Numbered from the stretch's first letter, positions 47,507-57,675 are shown. The stretch is 64,000 bases of DNA from a bacterium (GCA_963662285.2 CAXXMV010000006.1:992001-1056000); one strand, 5' to 3'. Notes: a model not told the origin generated them from the letters alone. A program made the numbers and translations.

Positions 47507-47671
47507 TTATTTTATAATTGATTTGAGGAAAATATAAAAAAATTAATTTAATAAATCAGTAAATGTATTATTTTTGCATAAAACATTCATTATATTAAAG
47601 ATAAATGCAATAACCCATAAATAATATTAATGAAAATTAGAAAAGAAATTTAAAATAAGTTGCATTTAAGT

Positions 47672-47698
47672 TAAAGTTAGAAAATTAATTGCCGATAA
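47672..47698 (+). promoter_or_regulatory. Sigma28 (FliA) promoter of flgM
   Basis: TAAAGTTA-N11-GCCGATAA, matching the TAAA-N15-GCCGATAA consensus. Confidence 0.85.
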
Positions 47699-47799
47699 TA
47701 GTTTTGGGGAATTAGGCATCGACCAAAATCTCCAATTGTGCTTTAATTACTTTTGAGGGTATATGAGTGGAATGCAGGGCGCATTCCGGGAGCTATATC

Positions 47800-48111
47800 A
47801 TGGTTGACATCGTTGGCATCAATAGTGCGCAAAATCACGCCAACCGGGTGACTGAGCGAGCATCGTCCAAGAATATTGGTACGAAAACGCGAGAGTCAAA
47901 TTCGTCTGCTCCTTCTTCGGGAGACCGCATTGAAATATCCGCAGGCGCAAAAGAAGCCAGTGCAGTGAGTCGTCTGATCGGCCTTGCGCAAGCGGAGCCG
48001 GATGTACGTCCGGAAGCGGTAGCTCAAGCAAGAGAAAAATTGGCCAGTGGCCAGTTTGAAGGTTTAGACGTATCTCGTAACGCCGCAAAGAAAATACTCG
48101 GAGTAGAATAA
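47800..48111 (+). CDS. flgM: Anti-sigma28 factor FlgM
   Basis: DRIEIS, PDVRPEAVAQAREKLASGQF, AAKKIL; sigma28 promoter upstream; GGAG RBS before ATG 47800. Confidence 0.85.
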   Translation: MVDIVGINSAQNHANRVTERASSKNIGTKTRESNSSAPSSGDRIEISAGAKEASAVSRLIGLAQAEPDVRPEAVAQAREKLASGQFEGLDVSRNAAKKILGVE

Positions 48112-48147
48112 TCCTCTACGCTAACCGGAATCGTTAATTTAATTACG

Positions 48148-48180
48148 ATCCCCCGGAATAGTGCGGGGGATTTTGTATTT
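48148..48180 (+). terminator. Probable terminator after flgM
   Basis: ATCCCCCG-N8-CGGGGGAT followed by TTTGTATTT. Confidence 0.55.
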
Positions 48181-48260
48181 TAAATTCCTTAATTTTTTTA
48201 CCAACTACGGATACAATAATATTCCTGTATAAGAAAGCAATAGTAAAAGGGGATTCATCT

Positions 48261-48998
48261 GTGATACGCAACGATTTACATGTTCATTCGGTTCAAAGTT
48301 TCTGTGGATTTCATACTATTCTTGAAATCGCTCAAATTGCTATCAGTAAAGGCGTTAAACTTGTCAATGTTTCCGATCATGGTTCCGGCCTTGGTAAGTT
48401 GATGAATTTTGGCGTGATAACCGACAAACGTCGGCTGCCTAATCCCGTAACATTACCGGATGGGTCGTCTATCACCATGCTGCGGGGCATCGAAGCCAAT
48501 ATTATGGATGTTGATGGAAATACGGATATCCCCGAAAAGTTCATCCCCTGGTTTGACGTGATAAGCATCGGTTTCCACTATTGCGGGTTGCCTCAAAATG
48601 GTTCAGAAGCGGATAACACCCGTGCTCTGGTTAACGCGCTTAAAAGATATCCTATAGATTTAATAACCCACCCGTGTATCTCAACTTATCCACTCGATTT
48701 GCCAACCATCATTGCATTATCCAAGGAATATGGCTTCGCTCTAGAAATCAATAACACCAACCTCAGGGTAGAGAAGACCAATGTCGATAGACTCAAGCAG
48801 ATGATTGAACTGGCGCTGGATCAAGGCGTAACGCTGGTTGAAACCTCCGACGGCCATACCTACACAGAGATCGGCGAGAACGAAAAAGTTGAACAACTGC
48901 TCAGTGAAATGGGACTCAACGGCGATGAGTTCCTGGTAAACCGTGATGACAGTAAACTGCAATCTTTCCTCGATCAAAGAAAAAAACTGCGGATTTAG
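48261..48998 (+). CDS. PHP-domain phosphatase/hydrolase (YcdX-like)
   Basis: DLHVHS, SDHG, GIEANI, THP, EINN, SDGH. Confidence 0.88.
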   Translation: MIRNDLHVHSVQSFCGFHTILEIAQIAISKGVKLVNVSDHGSGLGKLMNFGVITDKRRLPNPVTLPDGSSITMLRGIEANIMDVDGNTDIPEKFIPWFDVISIGFHYCGLPQNGSEADNTRALVNALKRYPIDLITHPCISTYPLDLPTIIALSKEYGFALEINNTNLRVEKTNVDRLKQMIELALDQGVTLVETSDGHTYTEIGENEKVEQLLSEMGLNGDEFLVNRDDSKLQSFLDQRKKLRI

Positions 48999-49196
48999 AG
49001 AATTATGCCATCGTTCTCCTGTGGGATTGATTTATATATAAATGCATAGGCTTACAAAAAAACGATGGAATACGCTTGCGCTTTGTCCCATCTACCAAGC
49101 TGAATAATAGTTCCAATTTAATCCACGTTCAATCAATTTTTAATCTATGGATTTAGGCTTAAAAAATTTCTAAATTTTAAAAATTTAAAAAATGTG

Positions 49197-49243
49197 TTGA
49201 CAAAGATAATTATTTGGTTATGATTATAATCGTTAGCGCTAAC
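49197..49243 (+). promoter_or_regulatory. Sigma70 promoter with a downstream palindromic operator
   Basis: TTGACA (49197) -N16- TATGAT; perfect palindrome GTTAGCGCTAAC at 49232-49243. Confidence 0.6.
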
Positions 49244-49268
49244 AACTAATCGTTTTTGAGGTGCAAGT

Positions 49269-49685
49269 ATGTCAAATCAACTTCCTGAAAATCTGAGTAC
49301 CGCCGAATGGAAAGTCATGAAAATTGTGTGGGAGTTGCAGTCATGCGCCGCGCGTGACGTGTATTCAATCACGCAGGAAAAATTCGGCTGGCAGCCAGTC
49401 ACAACCAAGACGGTCTTACGGCGGCTGGTCGATAAGAATCATCTTAAAACAAAACAGATTGGCAATAGTTACTTGTATGAACCCATCTCAACCATGAAAG
49501 ACACCATCTGCGATGCAGCGCAAGAACTGCTGGAAGACACTCCGACGAAGATGTCGGCATCGCTGATGTTTCACATGGTGAAGAAAGGGAATTTGAGCGG
49601 TAAGGATGCCCGCGAATTGAGGGATATGTTGGATCAATACATCGAAGGGGAGAACGATAATGGTGATGATGGAAACGCTATCTAA
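49269..49685 (+). CDS. BlaI/MecI/CopY-family repressor
   Basis: LSTAEWKVMKIVW, TTKTVLRRLVDK, YLYEP. Confidence 0.93.
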   Translation: MSNQLPENLSTAEWKVMKIVWELQSCAARDVYSITQEKFGWQPVTTKTVLRRLVDKNHLKTKQIGNSYLYEPISTMKDTICDAAQELLEDTPTKMSASLMFHMVKKGNLSGKDARELRDMLDQYIEGENDNGDDGNAI

Positions 49686-51759
49686 GTTTGCCGAACACTG
49701 GATGGAGTTCATGCTCTTCCGTTCGTTAGATTTCACCTTGGCATTTGGTTTGATCGGTTTGGTATGGTTTTTCATCAACCGGCGTGTCAGTTCCCAGTTT
49801 GGTTATTTGCTATTTCTACTTGTGATACTCAAACTGGCTATCCCCCCTCAATTCTCATTGCCGAATCATTTTTCCTCTTTGAACAACACACCTGCAAAAA
49901 TTGGGGCGCCGGTTAATTTCGAGGGTTCAATGATAGATGGAGCCGTGGATGAAACCCGCAGCGGAGACGCTGTGGTTACAAAGCCGGAATCCGAATCGAA
50001 GGCGACGCTGCCAGTTTCCATTTCGATTCCAACTTTGTTAATGGCGATATGGGCATTCGGTATTATATGTTTTGGCATACGCCTGTTTTGGATTGAATGG
50101 AAATCCCTTTTCATGATCCGCAATACCATCCCATTGGACCCAACATGTATGTCAATTGATTTACAAGACCTGCAAAAACAAACTGGAATAAGGCGGAAAG
50201 TGAGTTGGGTAACCGGTGACTGGATCAAAACGCCAATCGCATACGGTATATTTCATCCTGTTGTCGCGGTACCCAAGCGGATGAATGACCATCATTCCCG
50301 CCAACAAATTCGGTTCATCCTGTTACATGAATTGGCGCATATCCAACGCTGGGATAGTTTGGTTTCCTTTATGCAAAACATCACACGAGTGCTGTTTTTC
50401 TTTCACCCGCTGGTTTGGTGGGTCAACAACATCATCGATCAACAGCGGGAGTATGCCTGTGACGATGCCGCGTTGCGATGGAGCAAAGCATCACGAAAGG
50501 AGTGTGGTGAGGGTTTTTTGGGATTGGTGATGCAGGTGAATGAACTGCCCGCCTTTGCGCCCTCCGCACTCGGATTTGTCGACTACAAAACGTTCATTAG
50601 GAGAAGACTCATGAGAATATTAGATAAAACCAGAACCTTGAAACAATTATCATTTTCTTCTTTATCCTTATTATTGATATTATCCGCGTTTGTCTCACTG
50701 TTCGGCGTGCAAGCTATTGCCCAGGGACTGCAATGGACGGAGCTCACCTCCACCACTCAACCCCCTCCACGCGTAAGATTCAAGATGGTCTATGACAGTC
50801 AGCGGGATCGCATCGTCTTGCACGGCGGATATCGTGAAGATATAAACTCGAATGGAACGATAGAAAGAGTTACTCTGTCAGATACCTGGGAATACGATGG
50901 CAATGAATGGCAATTGGTATCTGAAGATGGCCCTCAAATTTTATCTCATGCTATGGCGTATGATCCCATCCGTGGTGAAACAGTCTTGTTCGGCGGTATG
51001 ATTTGCATCGGAAAACATAGTTATATCTGTATGAGAGAAACATGGCGGTGGGATGGAAGCAATTGGTACAGTACAATCGATACATCAGGACCAATTGAGA
51101 GGTCAGACGCCGTGATGGAATTCGACCCGGAATCACAAAGTTTGATCTTGTATGGTGGAGTTGACGGAGCGACATTTTTTGACGCCTGGAGTTGGGATGG
51201 CAATACCTGGACCCAGCTTTCCGAAGAGGGTCCTCCTATAATAACACATAGTATTACGTATGATGAGAATCGAAAAAAACTAGTATCATTAAATGAGGTT
51301 GGCGCATATTTTGACGGAGAAACGGAGTATATGGTTGCAGGATATACAAACGTTATATCGGAATGGAATAACAACCAATGGATTCAGATTGAAGATGGTT
51401 CTATTCAACCCCGACCAATACCGCCAAGAGCCGGTAGTAGTTTTATATATCTTCCATTTATCAAAAAGATATTGTGCTATGGTGGTGGAAACCTTAAAAT
51501 GCTACTTGCTCCTCAAGATGAAGTTCAGGATGATGACTTTTGGACCTGGGATGAGGAACGCTGGGAACAAATCGAACTCTCTCCCAAGCCCGTCACACGG
51601 ATGGGGCATGGCGGGGTGTATGACTCCAAACGTGACCGCTTTGTGATATTCGGCGGCGTCACAGCGCAAGATGGCCAAGCCTATTACTTGGAAGATATGT
51701 GGTCGCTTTCTCTTAACCAACAAAGTAGTATTGATGCCAGGTTCTGGCAGGAATATTAG
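49660..51759 (+). CDS. BlaR1-like M56 metallopeptidase fused to a Kelch-like beta-propeller
   Basis: LLHELAHIQRWD, FFHPLVW, REYACD; repeats such as YDSQRDRIVLHGG...DTWEYDGNEW. Confidence 0.9.
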   Translation: MVMMETLSKFAEHWMEFMLFRSLDFTLAFGLIGLVWFFINRRVSSQFGYLLFLLVILKLAIPPQFSLPNHFSSLNNTPAKIGAPVNFEGSMIDGAVDETRSGDAVVTKPESESKATLPVSISIPTLLMAIWAFGIICFGIRLFWIEWKSLFMIRNTIPLDPTCMSIDLQDLQKQTGIRRKVSWVTGDWIKTPIAYGIFHPVVAVPKRMNDHHSRQQIRFILLHELAHIQRWDSLVSFMQNITRVLFFFHPLVWWVNNIIDQQREYACDDAALRWSKASRKECGEGFLGLVMQVNELPAFAPSALGFVDYKTFIRRRLMRILDKTRTLKQLSFSSLSLLLILSAFVSLFGVQAIAQGLQWTELTSTTQPPPRVRFKMVYDSQRDRIVLHGGYREDINSNGTIERVTLSDTWEYDGNEWQLVSEDGPQILSHAMAYDPIRGETVLFGGMICIGKHSYICMRETWRWDGSNWYSTIDTSGPIERSDAVMEFDPESQSLILYGGVDGATFFDAWSWDGNTWTQLSEEGPPIITHSITYDENRKKLVSLNEVGAYFDGETEYMVAGYTNVISEWNNNQWIQIEDGSIQPRPIPPRAGSSFIYLPFIKKILCYGGGNLKMLLAPQDEVQDDDFWTWDEERWEQIELSPKPVTRMGHGGVYDSKRDRFVIFGGVTAQDGQAYYLEDMWSLSLNQQSSIDARFWQEY

Positions 51760-51788
51760 CCATTAGACACTGTAATCTATTCAGTAAC

Positions 51789-51866
51789 GTAGAGTGGGGC
51801 GCGCTTTTTAATCCACCGAATCGATTAGTAATTATCGGTGGATCATAAAAAGCAGCCCCACTCTAC
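51789..51866. repeat. REPIN-like long palindrome (GTAG...CTAC)
   Basis: GTAGAGTGGGGC/GCCCCACTCTAC, GCTTTTTA/TAAAAAGC and ATCCACCGA/TCGGTGGAT arms; second copy at 55286-55361. Confidence 0.8.
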
Positions 51867-51870
51867 TTGG

Positions 51871-52063
51871 TTAATGAATCCGGTTGTTTATCCATAGTTC
51901 GATGGGTTGGAAATCAGAACTCCAATTTGCTCCCATTAGATCGATATCCCCATCGACATCGGCGGTTTGCAACCCATGAATGACGCATTCGATTTTGGGT
52001 ATGATAATGTGTTCCGTCCAGGCGTTTTTTTTGCCTGCTTGGTAACTTCATACCATGAGAAAT
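51871..52063 (-). pseudogene. Degenerate duplicate of the 3' end of the FG-GAP gene at 55366-56520
   Basis: Aligns to 55366-55440 joined to 55603-55721 (162-bp deletion), plus a 1-nt frameshift. Confidence 0.85.
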
Positions 52064-52118
52064 AACACGGTTTCTATAGTGGCTAAGGAATATAACCGAA
52101 TTTTTTCATAGTTATATC

Positions 52119-55100
52119 TCACTTTACTAGAATGGTTGCAATCTCCCACGGCTTGAGGTTGATCTGCACAGCATTGTCCAGAACGGATAGTTCATTCAAC
52201 ACATCTTCTACGCCATTGCAAAGAAATGAGGAATGGATGGTCGCCAAAGCAGGTGCGTGTAATACAGCCTCTGTTGTTTGCCCGTTCATTTCACGCAGCC
52301 GGACAATATATCCATCTTCATACTCAGCGCGTTTGAATCCGCTGATAACCACCGAACCGGGTTTGACTGAAATCATTGAATCCACTGCATTGCGTTCAGC
52401 GTTGGTCCAATTACGCCCGAATTGTAATGCTTCGGAATTTGAAATACTTTGACTGGAAGTCAATGCAAATCTAAATGTATACTTGCCCGCTTGACCCGCC
52501 CGGTAGTTGGTGAACCAATAATTATTCATCGGGTAGGCGAAAACATGTCCGTTGCGAATGGGTAGTTCCTCCAACCATTTGTTGGAATTGATATCCTGCA
52601 AGTTAATCAAGGGCGCGTCGTAGGTTACGAACAGGGCATCATAACCGTCGTTGCGAACGCGCAACCAGTTTTGTAGTGTAAACCAATCTTTGCATGAGCC
52701 AGGAAGCCAATCGCGTCCCGCCCGGACTACTGCGTTTGCCACCGCATAATCAATCTGAGGATTAACGCCTGCTAGAGGAAACGCGATATAGACGCCCTCT
52801 TTTTCGGTAGTGTATTTCTTCTGTATGTCATATTTAAATGCAATCGCTTTGCGTGCATCGTCGAAGTTTAAAGTCAATTTAATTTCAGGAAAAAGTTCAT
52901 GCGACCAATAGAGAACAACGCCATTTCTACTATTTTCGATTCCCTCGAACTTGGGGACCGAAAATTCGTAAGGCGGTTGTTCGTTCCGCGCATAGATCAA
53001 TTGACCAAGTAAATAGGTCGATTGGGAATCAATAAGTTCCTGATTGGTCTCTTTATCGATAATGTTTTTGATTCCCCCTTGTTCAAGGTCGAAGGTAATA
53101 TCATACCGCGCTCCCACCAAACGCTCGCCTTGTAATGACCACTCAGGCTTTGTTCTTTCATCAATGGGGATATGTTGACGTGCGATGTTGAGCAGAGGCT
53201 CAATTTTTTGTTGCGCGCGAAGCGCAAACTCTGATTTGATGCGATACTGTTCCAGCACTTCGGGCAGGTTTGGTTGGCTGACAGAATTGTGAGCGCCCCA
53301 GGTATGCTCGTTATAAAGCATGATGTTATGCCATATATCGGCAAATAATTTTCTGAAATCTTCTTGAATAATACCTTTCGCGTGTAAACCGGTTATCAGC
53401 ATCTCCGCCAAAAGTGCATTTTGCTGATTCTGTCGATTTATCGTCGTTTCACGTGCGGTTGAACCGGCGCCATCTTCCCAATACGGCCCTCCGTCACCCC
53501 TTGCTACCTTGAGGTTTTCTCCGTATTTTTCTTCAAACGAAGAAAACCATTCGGTGTTGGTCGTGAAGACGATTTTCGGGTATTCGTATTTCTTATTCCA
53601 GGCGCGAACCGTAATGGGCAACTGCTCCGTTAAACTGCGATTGTCTCCATAGGCGCCGTGGATATGGATTGCATCGTAGGGATAATCTTCTCGTTCATAC
53701 GAACGCAGCAAGTCAGGGATGCGTTGTTCCGCAGTTGAAAGGGATGAACCTTTTTGGCCGTCTGCCGACCAGGCATCTGTTAGTCCTATGGCGCCCGCTC
53801 CTGCGTAATGGTCATGGAAATAGGCCAGTATTTTTGAGCCGTCAGGTCCCTCCCACCATGTCGGCGATTGCTTATAGAGTCCTCCCCTAAGCAATGGCGC
53901 CCGGGTGGTATTGATCCCCATGCTGAGATATTTAACGCCGCTTGATCGCAGCACAGTGGGAAGCGACCAGATATGAGAGGGTGCGTCTGTTAACGTCGCG
54001 CTGCCAAAAATGAAATCATGCTCTTTGCTCAATTGTTTAGAATAATATAGAGAACGGAATGACTCTTCATCGCTCAAAAGTCCTGTCAGCAAGTTGCTGT
54101 AGATTGCTTCCACTTCGATTTTTCCTTCACGAGCCTTGTTGAAGAAATATTCGATCAGTTCAGGCGCACGTGATTTGATCCAACCTTCCATGACATAGGT
54201 AGACTCTATGCTCCAGACGAATTCAGGATACTTGTCAATAAACTCCAATGCCATGTCGTTGCTTTTACGATGAACCTCCATCGCTTCGTCCTGAAGGTGC
54301 GTGTAGCCAATATCGACATGCGCCTGCGGAACTACCGATATAGTCCATTTGCGTGAAGGAGTGACGGGGAACTCTCCAGTAAAGATCACATCCTTCTTGT
54401 GTAAAATCTCGATTTTTACATGGTCTTCCTGCTGGATTTCCGGAATCGTGATATCCCGCTTGTTGGCTCCTAGCGCAGTTACTTTGAATGGATGCGTAAA
54501 GGTCTCTCCGTTCATATGTATACGCGTCTTCAGTTCTTTTAAGAGCCGGGTTGTCACAAACGAAAGCCTGGCTTTTTGTTTGAGCGAACCTTTTGTTTTA
54601 ACAAATAGCGGCAGAGATTCAAACTCGACAGACTGTAATGCCAAAGCATCTGGTTGCGCTTCTGCAGTATGAACAAGCCGTATCGAATCCCAGAGTAACC
54701 AACAACTCATTGATTCAAAAGCTATACTATTTTCCCCTCGGCGCAGGTCTTTCGCAAACAGAGGCATGTCAATTTGAAAAGGCTTCCCCAGCGCAAAATC
54801 AAGATAACCATTCATGTGACCACCAGAAGGAAAGCCAATTGGAGACCTTGCTCCATTGATATCAACAAACATGCCCTGTGGTTGATTGGGGTGATAACCG
54901 ACCAAACGAATTTGTAGAAGGTAGACGCCTTCGGGTTCAGGATCGCATTCAAACTCAATGACAAACTTATTTTTACGAGAACCGCCCCAACTATCCCCGG
55001 GTCCGGGCTGCATCCCGCTCCACCCGGTATCAGGTGAGGAAGAACCAACCCGATAGCAAACGTCATTTGGGAATGTTTTCAGGTACGCATTGGGTTCTTT

Positions 55101-55232
55101 CGCAATTGCGAATTCTGCATTGCTGCCATCTTCTTCCCCGATCATCCAGATTATTTCTTCGCTGAATGTCGACATGGAATGACATGAAAAAAAGAGCACG
55201 GCGCCTAGTAAAATTCTTGTTTGGTTCGTCAT
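52119..55232 (-). CDS. GH38-like glycoside hydrolase with N-terminal PL4-domain-III-like module, secreted
   Basis: Signal peptide; IWMIGEEDGSNAEF; AHVDIGYT, LYNEHTWG, MNNYWFTNY, VRLRE, LKPWEIATI. Confidence 0.8.
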   Translation of the reverse strand: MTNQTRILLGAVLFFSCHSMSTFSEEIIWMIGEEDGSNAEFAIAKEPNAYLKTFPNDVCYRVGSSSPDTGWSGMQPGPGDSWGGSRKNKFVIEFECDPEPEGVYLLQIRLVGYHPNQPQGMFVDINGARSPIGFPSGGHMNGYLDFALGKPFQIDMPLFAKDLRRGENSIAFESMSCWLLWDSIRLVHTAEAQPDALALQSVEFESLPLFVKTKGSLKQKARLSFVTTRLLKELKTRIHMNGETFTHPFKVTALGANKRDITIPEIQQEDHVKIEILHKKDVIFTGEFPVTPSRKWTISVVPQAHVDIGYTHLQDEAMEVHRKSNDMALEFIDKYPEFVWSIESTYVMEGWIKSRAPELIEYFFNKAREGKIEVEAIYSNLLTGLLSDEESFRSLYYSKQLSKEHDFIFGSATLTDAPSHIWSLPTVLRSSGVKYLSMGINTTRAPLLRGGLYKQSPTWWEGPDGSKILAYFHDHYAGAGAIGLTDAWSADGQKGSSLSTAEQRIPDLLRSYEREDYPYDAIHIHGAYGDNRSLTEQLPITVRAWNKKYEYPKIVFTTNTEWFSSFEEKYGENLKVARGDGGPYWEDGAGSTARETTINRQNQQNALLAEMLITGLHAKGIIQEDFRKLFADIWHNIMLYNEHTWGAHNSVSQPNLPEVLEQYRIKSEFALRAQQKIEPLLNIARQHIPIDERTKPEWSLQGERLVGARYDITFDLEQGGIKNIIDKETNQELIDSQSTYLLGQLIYARNEQPPYEFSVPKFEGIENSRNGVVLYWSHELFPEIKLTLNFDDARKAIAFKYDIQKKYTTEKEGVYIAFPLAGVNPQIDYAVANAVVRAGRDWLPGSCKDWFTLQNWLRVRNDGYDALFVTYDAPLINLQDINSNKWLEELPIRNGHVFAYPMNNYWFTNYRAGQAGKYTFRFALTSSQSISNSEALQFGRNWTNAERNAVDSMISVKPGSVVISGFKRAEYEDGYIVRLREMNGQTTEAVLHAPALATIHSSFLCNGVEDVLNELSVLDNAVQINLKPWEIATILVK

Positions 55233-55285
55233 ATTGAATATCCCTAAATCGAATGTTTTTTAGTTCCTCGTAAAAATCAGGTACC

Positions 55286-55361
55286 GTAAGGTGGGCGTGC
55301 TTTTTGATCCACCAATCGATTAGTAATTATCGGTGGATCATAAAAAGCAACCCCACTCTAC
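55286..55361. repeat. REPIN-like palindrome, copy 2
   Basis: Near-identical to 51789-51866. Confidence 0.8.
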
Positions 55362-55365
55362 TTGG

Positions 55366-56520
55366 TTAACGAATCCGGTTGTTTATCCATAATTCGATGG
55401 GTTGGAAATCTGAACTCCAATTGGCGCCCATTAGATCGATGTCTCCGTCGCCATCAATATCAGCGGCTTGGATGTAGTGTGAGCCTTTGGTTGATATTAC
55501 TTGTTTTTGCCATATTTGGCCGTTGGATTTATTGAATAATACGGCCACTTCGTCTGGATCTTCTCCCTGGTGCATTTCTGAGTAGATCACATCCATCGAA
55601 CCATCCCCATCGACATCGGCGGTTTGCAACCCATGAATCACGCATTCGATTTTGGGTATGATAATGTGTTCCTTCCAGGTGTCTTGTTTTGCCTGCTTGG
55701 GAACCTCATACCACGAGAAATGGTAGTATTGCGTCTTCAGTTCTGAAGGCGACAGCACAACATCAAGCCGACCATCAGCATTGATATCAGCGCAATCTAC
55801 TGTTGAATTGGGGTGATATTCGGCATATTCGTGCGATATCCATTTACCTGTTTTGCTGTCGGAATTCTCAAACCATAAACCATTGATAATCACATCTAAA
55901 TCATTATCCCTATCGATATCAGCCAGTTCGATCCCTTCGCCATCCGGGCATTTTAGAACCTGTTCTCTCCATCGGTCAGGAGCTTCCTGATACCAGAGAT
56001 GTATGGTTTTGCCCAAGGGAGCGCCGAAAGCGGATTGATTACGGGTGGCGATATCCAAATCTCCATCGCCATCCAGATCGCCCAGTTCCACATCATGGGT
56101 GGGATGATCCGCAATTTGATGTATCTTCCATGAAGGCGTTTGTTTGATGGTTTTGCCGGGATTTTCATACCAGAACAGGCCGCCGATGACAATATCCAGG
56201 TCGCCGTCGTTGTCGATATCGCCCGCTTCGGCGTCGACAGTATTATAACCTCCATCGACGATGGGGAATTTTTTCCAATCGGGATAGCAATACCAAACCA
56301 ATGGACCTTTTTGACCTGCTATTATAATGTCTAGTTTTCCATCTCCATTGAGATCAGCCAATAGCTTAGCCCAGGGATTCAGTGGGCCTTTTGCATCTAC
56401 CACAATACGCTCGAAAGGAACCATAGCCTTTGATTCTTCGGTATTTGCTATAAGGCCTGAGGTGAACAACGAAATAATAATTGCCCAATACATTGATTTT
56501 ACAATGGTTATATTTTTCAT
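55366..56520 (-). CDS. FG-GAP/VCBS-repeat secreted protein
   Basis: Seven DxDxDGxxD-type repeats; signal peptide. Confidence 0.9.
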   Translation of the reverse strand: MKNITIVKSMYWAIIISLFTSGLIANTEESKAMVPFERIVVDAKGPLNPWAKLLADLNGDGKLDIIIAGQKGPLVWYCYPDWKKFPIVDGGYNTVDAEAGDIDNDGDLDIVIGGLFWYENPGKTIKQTPSWKIHQIADHPTHDVELGDLDGDGDLDIATRNQSAFGAPLGKTIHLWYQEAPDRWREQVLKCPDGEGIELADIDRDNDLDVIINGLWFENSDSKTGKWISHEYAEYHPNSTVDCADINADGRLDVVLSPSELKTQYYHFSWYEVPKQAKQDTWKEHIIIPKIECVIHGLQTADVDGDGSMDVIYSEMHQGEDPDEVAVLFNKSNGQIWQKQVISTKGSHYIQAADIDGDGDIDLMGANWSSDFQPIELWINNRIR

Positions 56521-56559
56521 GAAATTCGTGAAAACTCACTTTTTTGATTAATAAATCAA

Positions 56560-57675
56560 TTATTTCTCATAAAACCACTTAATTGGAATGGATCTGAATA
56601 CCAGATCGGTTTTGGCGAAATTGGGATTGCCCTTTTTCCAATGGTAATAGGTCAGTAAAACATTCTCACCGGATAAAGAGATGCTGGTGTAGGCGTATCC
56701 GCTATCGGGGTCATTTTCTATATTTTTGAAATTCCGCCAGGTTTTCCCGCCGTCGCTGCTGATGGCGGATGTCAGGGGGGTGCGTTTTTGCCAATTGGCT
56801 TTGTTTCCCAGGGGATTATTGTTCCAGATAATTAAAATATCGGAACTATCCGGCACTCTTATTGTGGTTGCTGGAGAGGCTGGCGAGACCAATGTCATTG
56901 GAGTTGCTTCTGTCCAGTTGTTTCCCCGGTCATAACTGAAACTCTGATATACGAAACCCAGACTGGTTCTGATATTCATCAAGACGGAGCCATCGGCGCG
57001 TTGCACAAGACCGGGTTCCATTACGGGCGAATCATCAAAACTAACCTGTCCATTTCCCTTAAACCAGGTTTTACCTTCATCATCCGAGATATAGCAGAAA
57101 CCTACCTGATTCTTGCTCTCTTTGCTGATATCCGGACAGTAGGCGATTGGCGCCAGGATGCGCCCTTTTTTCAGTTGAATAGCGCGGGCGTTATTCATGA
57201 TGAAATAACCCATGCCTTGGGTGATGCGCAGAGGCTTAGACCAGGTTTTGGCCTCATCAGCGCTTTCTCGGACGAATAGTTGCAGGTCGTTTGAAGCGTT
57301 TTTCTGTAAGAAGAAAAAGAGAATTTTGCCGGAGCGCAACCTCAGAAATGAGATGCTCATGACATTTTGCTTGCCGATGTTCTCTTGGATAATAAACTCT
57401 TCGCCCCAGGTTAGGCCTTTATCGTTGCTGAATTTAGCTGCAATATCAGCGGTGGCGTGGTCGGATCTGCCGACGAACTTGCTCCAGGCCAGCAGCAACC
57501 TTCCATCCTTCAGTTCAATTATATCACCTTCGCTATTGCGCAGGTTCTCGTCAGAACTAGGGCAAACTACGCTGCGGAATGGCTCGTTGGAAGATGCATC
57601 CGCCATGCAATTCATTATAAAACCAAAGGTTAGCATGGATAGCAATAAAACATTTATATACTTGCGGGAACTCAT
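56560..57675 (-). CDS. BNR/Asp-box sialidase-family protein
   Basis: SNDKGLTW, SADEAKTW, SDDEGKTW, SYDRGNNW, SSDGGKTW; RTPL. Confidence 0.88.
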   Translation of the reverse strand: MSSRKYINVLLLSMLTFGFIMNCMADASSNEPFRSVVCPSSDENLRNSEGDIIELKDGRLLLAWSKFVGRSDHATADIAAKFSNDKGLTWGEEFIIQENIGKQNVMSISFLRLRSGKILFFFLQKNASNDLQLFVRESADEAKTWSKPLRITQGMGYFIMNNARAIQLKKGRILAPIAYCPDISKESKNQVGFCYISDDEGKTWFKGNGQVSFDDSPVMEPGLVQRADGSVLMNIRTSLGFVYQSFSYDRGNNWTEATPMTLVSPASPATTIRVPDSSDILIIWNNNPLGNKANWQKRTPLTSAISSDGGKTWRNFKNIENDPDSGYAYTSISLSGENVLLTYYHWKKGNPNFAKTDLVFRSIPIKWFYEK

